Assembly (NCBI GenBank): GCA_963716725.1
Contig: CAVQUB010000005.1
Location: 544,001 to 608,000, forward strand
Origin: an uncultured delta proteobacterium
GTDB taxonomy: Bacteria; Myxococcota_A; Polyangia; Polyangiales; Polyangiaceae
DNA: 64,000 nucleotides
Direction: 5' to 3'
The position numbers were made by a program, and so were the translations under genes. The notes under the pieces are model-generated. The model had not been told where the DNA came from and searched no databases. It was given only the letters and a program-made list of their open reading frames with translations. Each line of letters opens with the position of its first letter. Position 1 is the first letter of the stretch. Of this stretch, positions 1 to 9,036 are shown one piece after another.

Positions 1-990
1 GAAGAAGATCGAATACGACAGGTACTTCGACTCGACGAAGTTCGAGCAGTGCAGCGGGTAGTAGGCGAGGTAGGCGAGGGCGACGGCGACGGCGGCCCAG
101 TCCGAGATGTGGCGTCGAGCGAAGCCGAAGAGCGGCAGCGCGCCCGCACCGAGCAACACGCCCTGGATCACCATCAGCGTCTCCGGCCGAGGCACCAGGG
201 CGTAGATGGGCAAGATCACGTACTGCCCGAGCTTGGCGTGGGTCGCCAGGTACGCGCCCGGAGCGTCGCCGTGCGTGACGGTGCTTTCCATGTGCGCGCC
301 GTGCATTGCGCGGAAGATCAAGTTGTTGTCGATGGCCAGATCGAAGTTGTGCGTCATGAGCTTGTGGTGCCATCTGACGCTGTAGAAGCTCATGAACGCG
401 GCGTAGCCGACCACCGCGAGCAACACGACGGCCAAGGGGCCGTATTTCTGCCACCAGCCCGGAACTCTGTCTCGGAGTCGCGCCAGTCGTTCGTTGAAAG
501 CTTCCGGGATCTCACGGAGCGATCGCGTGACCAACACCTCGGTGGCAAAGGCGAGGCCCAGCACCAAGGGCAGCAAGATATCGTGCCGGTTGATCCAGGG
601 TTTGGCGCGGAACACCTGGGGCAAGAAGGGTAGGAGCATCAGTGGCGAGGCGATCCAGAGTGCGCGCTCGATGCCCGCCGCGGGCCAGCGCTTGAACCGC
701 GCGGCGATCAGCCATCCGACGCCGAGCAGCGCCCCGCCGACTCCCGAGCCGAGGGTCCAGCGGATCAGGCTCATGCGTCGCGCCATGTCGAGCTGGTTGG
801 CCGACAGGAAGGGGGACACCCATCCGCCGCCGAAGCTGAACACGACCCAGGTGGCGACGGCCGCGCCGAGCAAGAATGACAGCGCCACGATGCGCGCCGC
901 CCGCGCGAAGCCCTCGGAGAAGACGCGGCGGCGCTCCGCCTTGTCGGGCTCGACGGGGGCGGAGGGAGGGGCGGTGGGTGCTAGGGACAT
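1..990 (-). CDS. DUF2079-family polytopic membrane protein (GT-C-like), partial, runs off the left edge
   Basis: Not in the ORF track because it has no stop in the window. Manual translation from ATG 990: MSLAPTAPP...HHKLMTHNFDLAIDNNLIFRAMHG...HAKLGQYVILPIYALVPRPETLMVIQGVLLGAGALPLF, resembling DUF2079; overlaps the stop of the upstream gene. Confidence 0.7.
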   Translation of the reverse strand, partial: MSLAPTAPPSAPVEPDKAERRRVFSEGFARAARIVALSFLLGAAVATWVVFSFGGGWVSPFLSANQLDMARRMSLIRWTLGSGVGGALLGVGWLIAARFKRWPAAGIERALWIASPLMLLPFLPQVFRAKPWINRHDILLPLVLGLAFATEVLVTRSLREIPEAFNERLARLRDRVPGWWQKYGPLAVVLLAVVGYAAFMSFYSVRWHHKLMTHNFDLAIDNNLIFRAMHGAHMESTVTHGDAPGAYLATHAKLGQYVILPIYALVPRPETLMVIQGVLLGAGALPLFGFARRHISDWAAVAVALAYLAYYPLHCSNFVESKYLSYSIFF

Positions 991-2645
991 TGGGCGGTTC
1001 CGCGGCGCAGCCAAGGAGTCGCCGCGCGGCCGTCCTTGGCGTGGATTGTGGGCATCTCACAGTAGTGGTCTTTTAGGTGAGCGACCAATTCCGGCACGCT
1101 GTGCAGGGACACACCCTTCAGGTTCTTGGGCATGTCGAGCACGACGCCAGGCTTGCTTTCCGTCAGATCGGCGATCAGCTGTTCTCTTGCCCGTGGGGCC
1201 ACGGCTGCGGCCGAGGGCGGGCGCCAGGACCGATCCGGGACCACTCCAGCGACCATGGTGAGATAGACGAAGCGCGTGGCGGGCGGGCGCCGACAGGTGA
1301 CGTAGACGTCCCCGTCGAATCCCCAGACGAAGATCGGTGATCCCGGTTGGGAGTTCTGGTCCAGGTAGTCGCAGATCGGCTCGGGCAAGACCCCGGACCA
1401 ACCGCCACGATCGCGCGCTTCTCGCAGTCCGCGCATCAGGCGGTCTTGCGCGAACAGCGTCATCAGGAACACAAAAATGATGGCCGTCGCGCTGGCTGCC
1501 ACCAGTGCCCAGCGGCTGCCGCCCGCCCCCGCCATCGCCCGCTCCATGCCGATGCCGACCAGCAGCGCCGCGAAGGGGAATAGGGGGACGAAGTAGTGGT
1601 AGAAGAAGCGCATCGGTGCGAGGGCTCCGACCAGCGTCACGACGGTGAGCAGCGCCACGCTGATCTCGAAACCGCCAGCGCTGATCAGGCTCACGAGGCT
1701 GCGATCTGTCTTGCCAAAGGCAGCGATCCGGGCGCACACCGCGGTGGCAACTGCGAGCCCGAGCGCGAGCAAGGCGTAGTTGCGGTGATCGAACAAGGGA
1801 TCGAAGGCCGTCCGCAGCGAGTCGTCGCGATGCGGGCCCATGTACACCTGCGCGTTGTACACGTAGTACCAGTACCAGAAGGCTCCCAGCCCGCGGCTCA
1901 GTGCGTAGCGGAGGATGACGAGCGCAAACGGCACCACGAAGCCCAGCACCAGAGCGGCGACGAGCCACCAGCGCCGCCGCGCGCCCTCCCTGCGTTCGCT
2001 CAGCGCAGTGGCGAGAGTCCACAACCCCAGCGGAGCCACGGAGAGCAGCGCGGTCTGCTTGGCGAGCCCGCTCATCGCGGCCAGGCAGCCGGCCGCAAAC
2101 AGCAGCCCGGCGCGGGTGCCGAGGCGTTCCGCTCGCATCAACGCGACTGTGGTCAGCGCCAGCGCGCCCACTGTGAGAGGCGTCGAGACTTGTTCTCCCC
2201 CGACCCCGAACACCGCGGAGATCTCGTAGACGCTGACGAGCCAGACGTAGACCAACACGGCGATGGCCGCCGCCACTCGCTGCCGAGCTGCCACCGCCGC
2301 GGCGAAGATCGACAGCAGCGTCGCCACCGACAGCAGGTTGGCCAAGTGCCGCGCGCTGCTCCACTCGAAGCGACCGAAGACGGACTGGGAAATTGCGTGC
2401 GCCCAATAGAGGAGGGGGCCGCGGTGACTGACACCATCGACGTATGGCAGCCAGGCCTTGTCGATGATGCGTTCCGCGAGCGCGACGGTGTAGCCGTCGT
2501 CGAAAGCGACCGGGCTGGGGTGTTTCAGGAAGAAGCGCAGCGGCGCCCACAGCAACACGATGGCCGCCACCAGCGCTGGCAACGACAGCCATGTCCCGAA
2601 GGGAACTCGGCGAATGCCGCGGAGGAACCGCTCGCGAAGCATCAC
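981..2645 (-). CDS. ArnT/PMT-like (GT-C fold) membrane glycosyltransferase
   Basis: N-terminal TM followed by FDDGY...LPYVDGVSHRGP loop, many TM helices, KQ motif, soluble C-terminal domain. Confidence 0.7.
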   Translation of the reverse strand: MMLRERFLRGIRRVPFGTWLSLPALVAAIVLLWAPLRFFLKHPSPVAFDDGYTVALAERIIDKAWLPYVDGVSHRGPLLYWAHAISQSVFGRFEWSSARHLANLLSVATLLSIFAAAVAARQRVAAAIAVLVYVWLVSVYEISAVFGVGGEQVSTPLTVGALALTTVALMRAERLGTRAGLLFAAGCLAAMSGLAKQTALLSVAPLGLWTLATALSERREGARRRWWLVAALVLGFVVPFALVILRYALSRGLGAFWYWYYVYNAQVYMGPHRDDSLRTAFDPLFDHRNYALLALGLAVATAVCARIAAFGKTDRSLVSLISAGGFEISVALLTVVTLVGALAPMRFFYHYFVPLFPFAALLVGIGMERAMAGAGGSRWALVAASATAIIFVFLMTLFAQDRLMRGLREARDRGGWSGVLPEPICDYLDQNSQPGSPIFVWGFDGDVYVTCRRPPATRFVYLTMVAGVVPDRSWRPPSAAAVAPRAREQLIADLTESKPGVVLDMPKNLKGVSLHSVPELVAHLKDHYCEMPTIHAKDGRAATPWLRRGTAQCP

Positions 2646-4312
2646 GGACTCGGCGCGGCGCAGTTCGTGAGATCCCGGCGGACCCAGACCTCGGCCTTAC
2701 GCCCGGTGGCGCTCGTTGCGGCGGGGGCGCTGCAATAGTTCTGATCCAGCCACTTTCCCAACTCAGGGACGGTGCGGATGCCGACATTGCGCATCGTACC
2801 GGGTGAGTCGAGCACGACCGAGGGCTTGCTCGATTCCAGGTCCTCCAGGACGTGGCGTCGTGCATCACGTGCTTCGCGCTCCGGACGAATGTCGTTCCAG
2901 AAGGGCGGTACCGTGCCCGCAACCAGCGTGAGGTACGTGAAGCGCGTGGCTGGGTGCCGCTTGCAGGTCACGTAGTAGTCCCCGTCGAAGCCCCAGATGA
3001 ACACCTTGTCCTGCGGCGTGCCGTACTTGTCGAAGACGTCGCAGATCGGCTCGGGCAGGGCCGCCCTGCGCTTGCCCGACTTGCGGGCTTCGACCAGGTC
3101 GGCCACGCGGAGCCGGGCTCCATTGGCGACCCAGCCGCTGAGCACACCGCCCAGGATCAGCGCGGCGATGAATCGCGCCCAGGGGTGTCCGTCCGAACGC
3201 TCCATGGTCGCCGCCATTTGCACGCCGGCGGCGAGGCCCAGGTAGGGAAACAGCATGACGAAGTAGGGTGGCCAGAAGCGCTGAGGGCTGGCAATTGCGG
3301 CCATCGTCACCAGCACCAAGGCGGACGACGTGACCTCGAGGCCCGCCTTCGAGTAGCCGCTGAAGAACCCACGGATCGAGGTCATGCCCGCGAAGGGGCG
3401 GGCGAGCCCCCAGCTCGAGAACAGCGCGACCGCGAAGAAGGCCCAGTATTGGCCTCTCATCCAGGGATTGAAGTCGTCCCAGAACGATCTGTCGCGGAGC
3501 GGGGCCATGTAGACCTCGCGGTTGTACGTGAAAAACCAGTACCAGAACGTGCGCAGGTGCCCGCCGATCACGTATCGGCTGAGCACCGCGACGACGACCA
3601 GCAGCAGACCGGCCAGGAAGGCCCCAACCAACGCCCAGCGCTGGCGCCGCGGGGTGTCGTCGATGCTCATCGCGCCGGCGAAGACCCACGCGAACAAGGG
3701 CACCGCGAGGGGGAACGCAGTCTGCTTGGTGAAGCCCGCGAGCGCCGTCGACGCTCCCGCCAGCGCGAGCAAGATCGCCCGGTTCCGGAGGCGGCGGGCG
3801 CTGACCAGCGCCCACGCGCAGAAGCAAAGCGCGACCATGCCGAACGCAGCCGCGATAGCCTCGCCGGTCACCGCGAAGGCGCTGTCGGCTTCGTGCGTCA
3901 CGAGCCCGAGGTAGACCCACAAGATGGAACCCAGTGCCCCCGCCAGCGGGAGCCGCGCGGCGATCCCCGTGCCCACCATCGCGAAGAGCGTGACCAACGA
4001 GGTCGCGAACATCAGGCTGCGCGGGCCCAGCCAGTTGAAGCGTCCGGTCAACTTCTCGGCCAGCGCCACCAGCCAATAGAGCATCGGCCCGCGATGGCTA
4101 CAGCCGTCGACGTAAGGCAGCCACTTGCCGTCGATGATCCGCTCAGCGAGCGCGACGGTGTAGCCGTCGTCGAAGCCGACCGCGTTCGGAAGCTTGAGGT
4201 AAAGCCAGTGCAGGTTGACCAGGATCACGAGCGCGGGAATGCTCACCAGCACAGCGGCGATCCAAGGAAGCCAGGGGCGAATCGACCTCACGGTGGGCGG
4301 GAGTATCGACAA
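2642..4312 (-). CDS. ArnT/PMT-like (GT-C fold) membrane glycosyltransferase, paralogue of 981-2645
   Basis: Shares FDDGYTVALAERIID..WLPYVDG.SHRGP, KQTA and LPEPICD...FIWGFDGD.YVTC...PATRF motifs; 4-bp overlap with the next gene. Confidence 0.7.
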   Translation of the reverse strand: MSILPPTVRSIRPWLPWIAAVLVSIPALVILVNLHWLYLKLPNAVGFDDGYTVALAERIIDGKWLPYVDGCSHRGPMLYWLVALAEKLTGRFNWLGPRSLMFATSLVTLFAMVGTGIAARLPLAGALGSILWVYLGLVTHEADSAFAVTGEAIAAAFGMVALCFCAWALVSARRLRNRAILLALAGASTALAGFTKQTAFPLAVPLFAWVFAGAMSIDDTPRRQRWALVGAFLAGLLLVVVAVLSRYVIGGHLRTFWYWFFTYNREVYMAPLRDRSFWDDFNPWMRGQYWAFFAVALFSSWGLARPFAGMTSIRGFFSGYSKAGLEVTSSALVLVTMAAIASPQRFWPPYFVMLFPYLGLAAGVQMAATMERSDGHPWARFIAALILGGVLSGWVANGARLRVADLVEARKSGKRRAALPEPICDVFDKYGTPQDKVFIWGFDGDYYVTCKRHPATRFTYLTLVAGTVPPFWNDIRPEREARDARRHVLEDLESSKPSVVLDSPGTMRNVGIRTVPELGKWLDQNYCSAPAATSATGRKAEVWVRRDLTNCAAPSP

Positions 4313-4498
4313 CGCGCGGGGGCGAGTCCACTCCGGCAGACCGCGTGGGCGCGGGAGGGGCCAGACCGACCCTCCCGGCGGCCCGCTTTCGCGTTGGCCG
4401 CTGGGCCGCTACCCTTCGGTGCATGGTGCGGGGACTCCGGTGCGGCGGCGTTCTCACTTGTCTGATCTCGTTGGCGTCATCGGCGGGGGCCACCGGCG

Positions 4499-4888
4499 GT
4501 GACACCTGACAAGATCGAGCTGCTCTGCGCCCTCGACGACGGCACGCTCGTCGCGCTTGACGCGGCGGGCTCATACCTGAACGACGTGCAGCCCGATCCG
4601 CCCGACGGCGGCGTCGGTGGAGCGGCCGGCGCCGGCGGAACGCCCTCGGGCGGGGGTTCGTCGGGGAGCGATGCGGGCGTGGGCGTCACGGGCGGTGCGA
4701 GCGGCGGAGTCGGCGGCAGCGGCGGAGCAGGGACTGGCGGCGGCGCCGCGGGCGGCAAAAAGGGCGACTCCGATTCGGGTGACGACGGCGGCTGCGGCTG
4801 TCGCGCGGCGGGGCGCGACGGGCCGGGCATGCTGCTGCTCGCCGGGCTGATCCTGCTCATCGGAGCACTGCGTCGACGACGAAGTTAG
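4499..4888 (+). CDS. Short MYXO-CTERM-tagged protein, probably a remnant; a signal-peptide-like segment starts at ATG 4423 in another frame
   Basis: Gly-rich linker then GGCGCRAAG + hydrophobic helix + RRRRS, the MYXO-CTERM pattern. Confidence 0.55.
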   Translation: MTPDKIELLCALDDGTLVALDAAGSYLNDVQPDPPDGGVGGAAGAGGTPSGGGSSGSDAGVGVTGGASGGVGGSGGAGTGGGAAGGKKGDSDSGDDGGCGCRAAGRDGPGMLLLAGLILLIGALRRRRS

Positions 4889-4931
4889 GCGGCCGCTTGT
4901 CCGAGCGCCGGTTCGCCGGCACACTTCGCCC

Positions 4932-6080
4932 ATGTGGCGACTCCGGGCCTTCGCTCTGTCGACTGTGGTGTTTGCGCTGGCGTGCTCCGCGGCGAGCAAT
5001 GAAGGTGGGTCGGAAGGCGGCACCGGCAGCGGCGCTGCCAGCGGCAGCGGTGGCGGCGGCGGTTCGGGCAACGGCGGCGGCAGCGGCGGGCTGGTCGGCA
5101 CTGGAGCGGGCACCGGCACCGGCGGAGGCGGAGGCTTCGCGGGCAACACCTGCGCGGGCGTTTCTCAAGTTGCCGCGAACACGCTGCCCGTCGATGTGAT
5201 CTGGGCCATCGACACCTCGTGCAGCATGTCCGAAGAGACCGCGGCCGTTAAGGCCAACATGAACAAGTTCTCGCAGATCATCTCCAACGTCGGCGTCGAC
5301 GTGCGCATCGTGCTGATCGCCGAGCAGTGGGCGCCCTCGCCCTTCCCGGGCATCATCCCCGAAGAAGGCATCTGCATCGACAAGCCCTTGGGCTCGGGCC
5401 AGTGCCCGGGCGACACCAACTTCCCGAAGTACGCCCACGTCTACGAGACGGTCAACAGCAGCGACGCGCTCGTGAAGTACTTGGAGCAGTACCCGAACTA
5501 CAAGAACATGCTGCGCCCCGAGTCCGTGAAGATCTTCGCGGTGGTGACCGACGACAACTCGCAGATGCCCGCGGCCGAGTTCACCACCAAGGTGAACGCC
5601 CTCGATCCCTCGATGATCAAGCCCTCGCAGTGGCGCATGTACGGCATCTACTGCTTCAGCAAGTGCCCGAGCGCGGCCCAGCCCGGCGCGGTGTACGCCG
5701 AACTCGTCAAGCAGACGAGCGGCGTGGCGAGCGACATGTGCGCGCAGAATTTCGATCCGGTCTTCAACCAGCTCGCGCAGGGCGTGGTCGGAGCGGCGAA
5801 GCTCGATTGCGCCTGGGCGATCCCTACGCCCACCGGTGGCGAGAAGCTCAACCCCAACAAGGTGAACGTGATCTTCACGCCGGGCGGCGGCACGGGTTCG
5901 CCCATCGGCAAGGTTGGCTCCCAGGCGGATTGCGGTGCGGCTGGCGGCTGGTACTTCGACAACGATCAAGCGCCGACCAAGGTCGAGGTCTGCCCCAGCA
6001 CCTGCCAGAGCATCCAGTCGGATCCCAACGGCAAGATCGAGATCCAGTTCGGCTGCGACACGATCTACGTGCCGAAGTGA
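4932..6080 (+). CDS. Myxobacterial vWA-domain lipoprotein
   Basis: Lipobox LAC, Gly/Ser linker, MIDAS-like IDTSCSM, VVTDD, C-terminal GWYFDN...CPSTC...FGC module. Confidence 0.8.
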   Translation: MWRLRAFALSTVVFALACSAASNEGGSEGGTGSGAASGSGGGGGSGNGGGSGGLVGTGAGTGTGGGGGFAGNTCAGVSQVAANTLPVDVIWAIDTSCSMSEETAAVKANMNKFSQIISNVGVDVRIVLIAEQWAPSPFPGIIPEEGICIDKPLGSGQCPGDTNFPKYAHVYETVNSSDALVKYLEQYPNYKNMLRPESVKIFAVVTDDNSQMPAAEFTTKVNALDPSMIKPSQWRMYGIYCFSKCPSAAQPGAVYAELVKQTSGVASDMCAQNFDPVFNQLAQGVVGAAKLDCAWAIPTPTGGEKLNPNKVNVIFTPGGGTGSPIGKVGSQADCGAAGGWYFDNDQAPTKVEVCPSTCQSIQSDPNGKIEIQFGCDTIYVPK

Positions 6081-6097
6081 GGGCGGGCGGGCGGCGC
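6035..6097 (+). repeat. 63-bp direct repeat, copy 1 (3' end of the vWA gene plus downstream bases)
   Basis: gatcgagatccagttcggctgcgacacgatctacgtgccgaagtgagggcgggcgggcggcgc; 61/63 identical to 6752-6814. Confidence 0.95.
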
Positions 6098-6123
6098 GAG
6101 AGGCGTGCTAAGATCCGGAAACG

Positions 6124-6372
6124 ATGGCTCACGCCGATCTCCTCGCCCGCATCTCAATCGACCCGAACATTTGTTTCGGCAAGCCGTGCATCCGCGGCCA
6201 CCGGATCTGGGTTGCGCTGGTCCTCGATCTCTTGGCATCCGGCCAGAGCATGGCGGACATCTTGCGGGACTACCCCGGACTCGAAGAAGCAGACCTGCTC
6301 GCCTGCATCGCTTACGGCGCGGAGACGTCGCGCGCACGCTTCGTCGATCTGCCCGTGAAACGCTCCGCGTGA
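6124..6372 (+). CDS. DUF433 putative antitoxin
   Basis: ISIDPNICFGKPCIRGHRIWV..VLDLLASG....IL.DYP.L. Confidence 0.92.
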   Translation: MAHADLLARISIDPNICFGKPCIRGHRIWVALVLDLLASGQSMADILRDYPGLEEADLLACIAYGAETSRARFVDLPVKRSA

Positions 6373-6746
6373 GGCTCAAGCTCGACGAGAATCTGGGCCG
6401 GCGGGCGGCCGAGGCATTGGAGAGGGCCGGTCACGACGTTGCGACCGTCGTCGGCCAGCAGATGACCTCGGCCAGCGACCTCGTGCTGATCGAGGCATGC
6501 AGAGACGAAGGACGTTGCCTGCTCACCATGGACCTCGACTTCGCCAACCCCTTCCGCTTCGATCCCACCGCACGCCCAGGCATCGCAGTCCTTCGTCCGC
6601 GGGGTGCCAATTCAGTGTTGAGCATCGGCGACTTGGTGCAGACTTTCGTTCGTGCGCTGGAGCATCGTGGCGTCCACGGGCGGCTGTGGATCGTGGAGTT
6701 CGACGGAATTCGAGAGTACGCGCCCGAGTCGAAGGGGCGGGTGTGA
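6369..6746 (+). CDS. DUF5615 PIN-like putative toxin
   Basis: GTG 6369 overlaps the DUF433 stop; LKLDENL...GHDV...D..LI...LLTMDLDF. Confidence 0.9.
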   Translation: MRLKLDENLGRRAAEALERAGHDVATVVGQQMTSASDLVLIEACRDEGRCLLTMDLDFANPFRFDPTARPGIAVLRPRGANSVLSIGDLVQTFVRALEHRGVHGRLWIVEFDGIREYAPESKGRV

Positions 6747-6751
6747 GCCTC

Positions 6752-6814
6752 GATCGAGATCCAGTTCGGCTGCGACACGATCCACGTGCCGAAGTGAGGG
6801 CGTGCGGGCGGCGC
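6752..6814 (+). repeat. 63-bp direct repeat, copy 2
   Basis: Matches 6035-6097 with 2 substitutions. Confidence 0.95.
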
Positions 6815-6824
6815 CAGCCGCGAG

Positions 6825-8153
6825 CTACGCTTCGAAGACCGCGTCGGTGATCTCGAGTCCGCGGTCGACGATGGCAAAGCCTTCCATCAGCTGCTCTTCG
6901 GTGATGGTCAGCGGCGGGTTGCAGGTGAAGCTCGACCAGCGCACGAAGGTGAACAGGCCCTCCTGCTCGAAGAACTTGGCGAGCTGGCCCATGGCCGGGT
7001 GCGTGCCGTTGTAGGGCGCGATCAAGTCGCCTTGCTCGTTCTTCTGCACGTCCATCATGCCGAAGAGGCCGATCACTCGGCCCTCTTTCAGGCTCGGGTG
7101 CTTGGCCGTCAAGCGATCCATCTCGCGGCGCACGACCTTCTCCAGGCGGGCGGCGTTCTCGACCAGGCCTTCGTCGATCATCACGTCGAGCACCGCCTCG
7201 GCCACGGCTAGGCAATAGGGGTGCGAGTTGTAGGTGAGGCCACCCCAGAACACGTTCTTGTGGAAGTAGTCGCGGATCTCGTCGGACACCCCGAGAGCGC
7301 CCAGCGGCACGTAGCTGCTGGTCAGCCCCTTGGCCATGGTGACCATGTCCGGGACGATGTCGAAGTGCTCGAAGGCGTAGAGCTTGCCGGTGCGGCCCAT
7401 GCCCGCCATCACCTCGTCGCAGATCAGCAGGATGCCGTGCTTCTTCAAGAGCGCGCGCAGGCCCTGCATGTAGCCCTTGGGCGGCACCAACATGCCGTTC
7501 GTGCCGGTGACCGTCTCGAGGATCATGGCTGCGATGGTCTGCGGTCCCTCGTACATGATGACCTCTTCGAGGTACTGGAGGTTCCGCGTCGTGATCTCCT
7601 CTTCGCTCTGGCCGAAGCTGAAGTTGTACGGCGTAGGATCCATCACGCGCACCACGCCGGGCATGCCGGGCTCGTTGGCCCAGCGGCGCGGATCGCCAGT
7701 GAGCTGCATGGTGGCGTTGGTGCCGCCGTGATACGCGCGATACCGCGAGATGATCTTCTGCCGGCCGGTGAACTGCTTGGCCGCGCGGATCGCGTTCTCG
7801 TTGGCCTCGGCGCCGCCCAGCGTGTAGTAGAACGTGTTGATGTTGCCGGGCGTCAGTTCGGCCAGGCGCTTGCTGTAGCGCGCGCGCATCTCGGTGGCCG
7901 TCTGCGGGTAGACGTAGATCAGCCCGTCGGCGGCCTTCTTCATCGCTGCGACCACCTTCGGGTGGCTGTGGCCGATGAGCACGCTCATCAGCTGGCTGTT
8001 GAAGTCGAGGATGCGCTTGCCCTCAGGCGTGTAGAGATACACGCCTTCCGCCCGCGCGATCGGCAAAGGGTTGACCGAGTCGGTGGCTGCCCAGGTGTAG
8101 AGCGTGTGCCGCTTGCAGAGATCGATCATTTCCTGGGTGTCCATCGTCGTCAC
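6825..8153 (-). CDS. Class III PLP aminotransferase (likely beta-alanine/omega-amino acid:pyruvate)
   Basis: LLICDEVMAGMGRTG, PDMVTMAKGLTSSY, GLTYNSHP; substrate inferred from context with mmsA and the ureidopropionase-like gene. Confidence 0.88.
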   Translation of the reverse strand: MTTMDTQEMIDLCKRHTLYTWAATDSVNPLPIARAEGVYLYTPEGKRILDFNSQLMSVLIGHSHPKVVAAMKKAADGLIYVYPQTATEMRARYSKRLAELTPGNINTFYYTLGGAEANENAIRAAKQFTGRQKIISRYRAYHGGTNATMQLTGDPRRWANEPGMPGVVRVMDPTPYNFSFGQSEEEITTRNLQYLEEVIMYEGPQTIAAMILETVTGTNGMLVPPKGYMQGLRALLKKHGILLICDEVMAGMGRTGKLYAFEHFDIVPDMVTMAKGLTSSYVPLGALGVSDEIRDYFHKNVFWGGLTYNSHPYCLAVAEAVLDVMIDEGLVENAARLEKVVRREMDRLTAKHPSLKEGRVIGLFGMMDVQKNEQGDLIAPYNGTHPAMGQLAKFFEQEGLFTFVRWSSFTCNPPLTITEEQLMEGFAIVDRGLEITDAVFEA

Positions 8154-8222
8154 CTTTCTTCCGAAAATTCGGCTGATGCTACGCCCGATTGAGCCGGACG
8201 CTCAAGGGTACAAGCCGCTCGA

Positions 8223-8280
8223 GCTGCGTAGGCTGCGTGGGCTGCGTGGGCTGCGTGGGCTGCGTGGGCTGCGTGGGCTG
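8223..8280. repeat. 9-bp tandem repeat (GCTGCGTGG) x6 plus partial
   Basis: Visible directly; intergenic, just after the PIN toxin stop. Confidence 0.95.
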
Positions 8281-8283
8281 GGG

Positions 8284-8706
8284 TCACCGGAACGGGTTTT
8301 CGACCCGCACGCCCTCGATCACCTGGCCGTCGTTCATGTCCTCGCTCAGCAGCACCGCGCAGCCGCTGGAGCCTGCGCTGCGGACGATCAGGGCGTCCCA
8401 GAACGAAATCCGATTCTTCCGGCAGGTCTCCATGGCCTCGAGGACCAGCTGCGTGTCGACTTGGGTCACGGTGAGCTCGCTGGCTTCTCGGACGGCACGC
8501 TCGGCGATGTCCAGGCTGGCGATCGGCGACTTGCCGCGAGTCAGAGCGACGTACAGCTCCTGGAGAACCTGCGTGCTCACGACGAGCTCCCGCTCCCGCT
8601 GCTCTGCCTGGAGGCGCTTCGCGGCCACTGACTGCTTCCGTGGCTCGGAGTCGTCGAACAGGTACACGAATACGTTGGTGTCGACGAAGCTTCGGTCAGC
8701 GCTCAT
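8284..8706 (-). CDS. PIN-domain (VapC-like) toxin
   Basis: FVDTNVFVY...STQVLQE...SFWDALIV...LLSEDM. Confidence 0.92.
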   Translation of the reverse strand: MSADRSFVDTNVFVYLFDDSEPRKQSVAAKRLQAEQRERELVVSTQVLQELYVALTRGKSPIASLDIAERAVREASELTVTQVDTQLVLEAMETCRKNRISFWDALIVRSAGSSGCAVLLSEDMNDGQVIEGVRVENPFR

Positions 8707-8950
8707 GCAGGTCGTCCCGCTTCCAGCCTCGCCCGGCGCGAGCCTTGGCCCGGGTTTTCCCGCCGGCTTTGCTGTTTTCGGTCGCGAGCGCGACGAGCGA
8801 TCGGGTCGCGCGGAGCTGGGTCTGGTTCTCTCCGGCGAAGGATCGCAGGTACTCCGCCAAGATCGCGTTCACGCTCGTGCCCCGCTCGAGAGCCCGGATC
8901 CGTGCCCGCTTCAGCAGCTCGTCGTCGACGGTGATGGTGAGGTTGGCCAC
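8696..8950 (-). CDS. Ribbon-helix-helix antitoxin (DUF6364-like)
   Basis: GTG 8950: ANLTITVDDELLKRARIRALERGTSVNAILAEYL...WKRDDLHER; overlaps the toxin start. Confidence 0.85.
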   Translation of the reverse strand: MANLTITVDDELLKRARIRALERGTSVNAILAEYLRSFAGENQTQLRATRSLVALATENSKAGGKTRAKARAGRGWKRDDLHER

Positions 8951-8976
8951 GGGATCCGTGTAGCACGGATCCCGTG
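8948..8976. promoter_or_regulatory. Perfect 13-bp inverted repeat over the antitoxin start, putative autorepression operator
   Basis: cacgggatccgtg-tag-cacggatcccgtg. Confidence 0.7.
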
Positions 8977-9036
8977 TTGGAGCGATGCCGCCGGCTCGGC
9001 GCTCGGACCGCTGCCAAGGGCGAATGAGCTGGGGCC

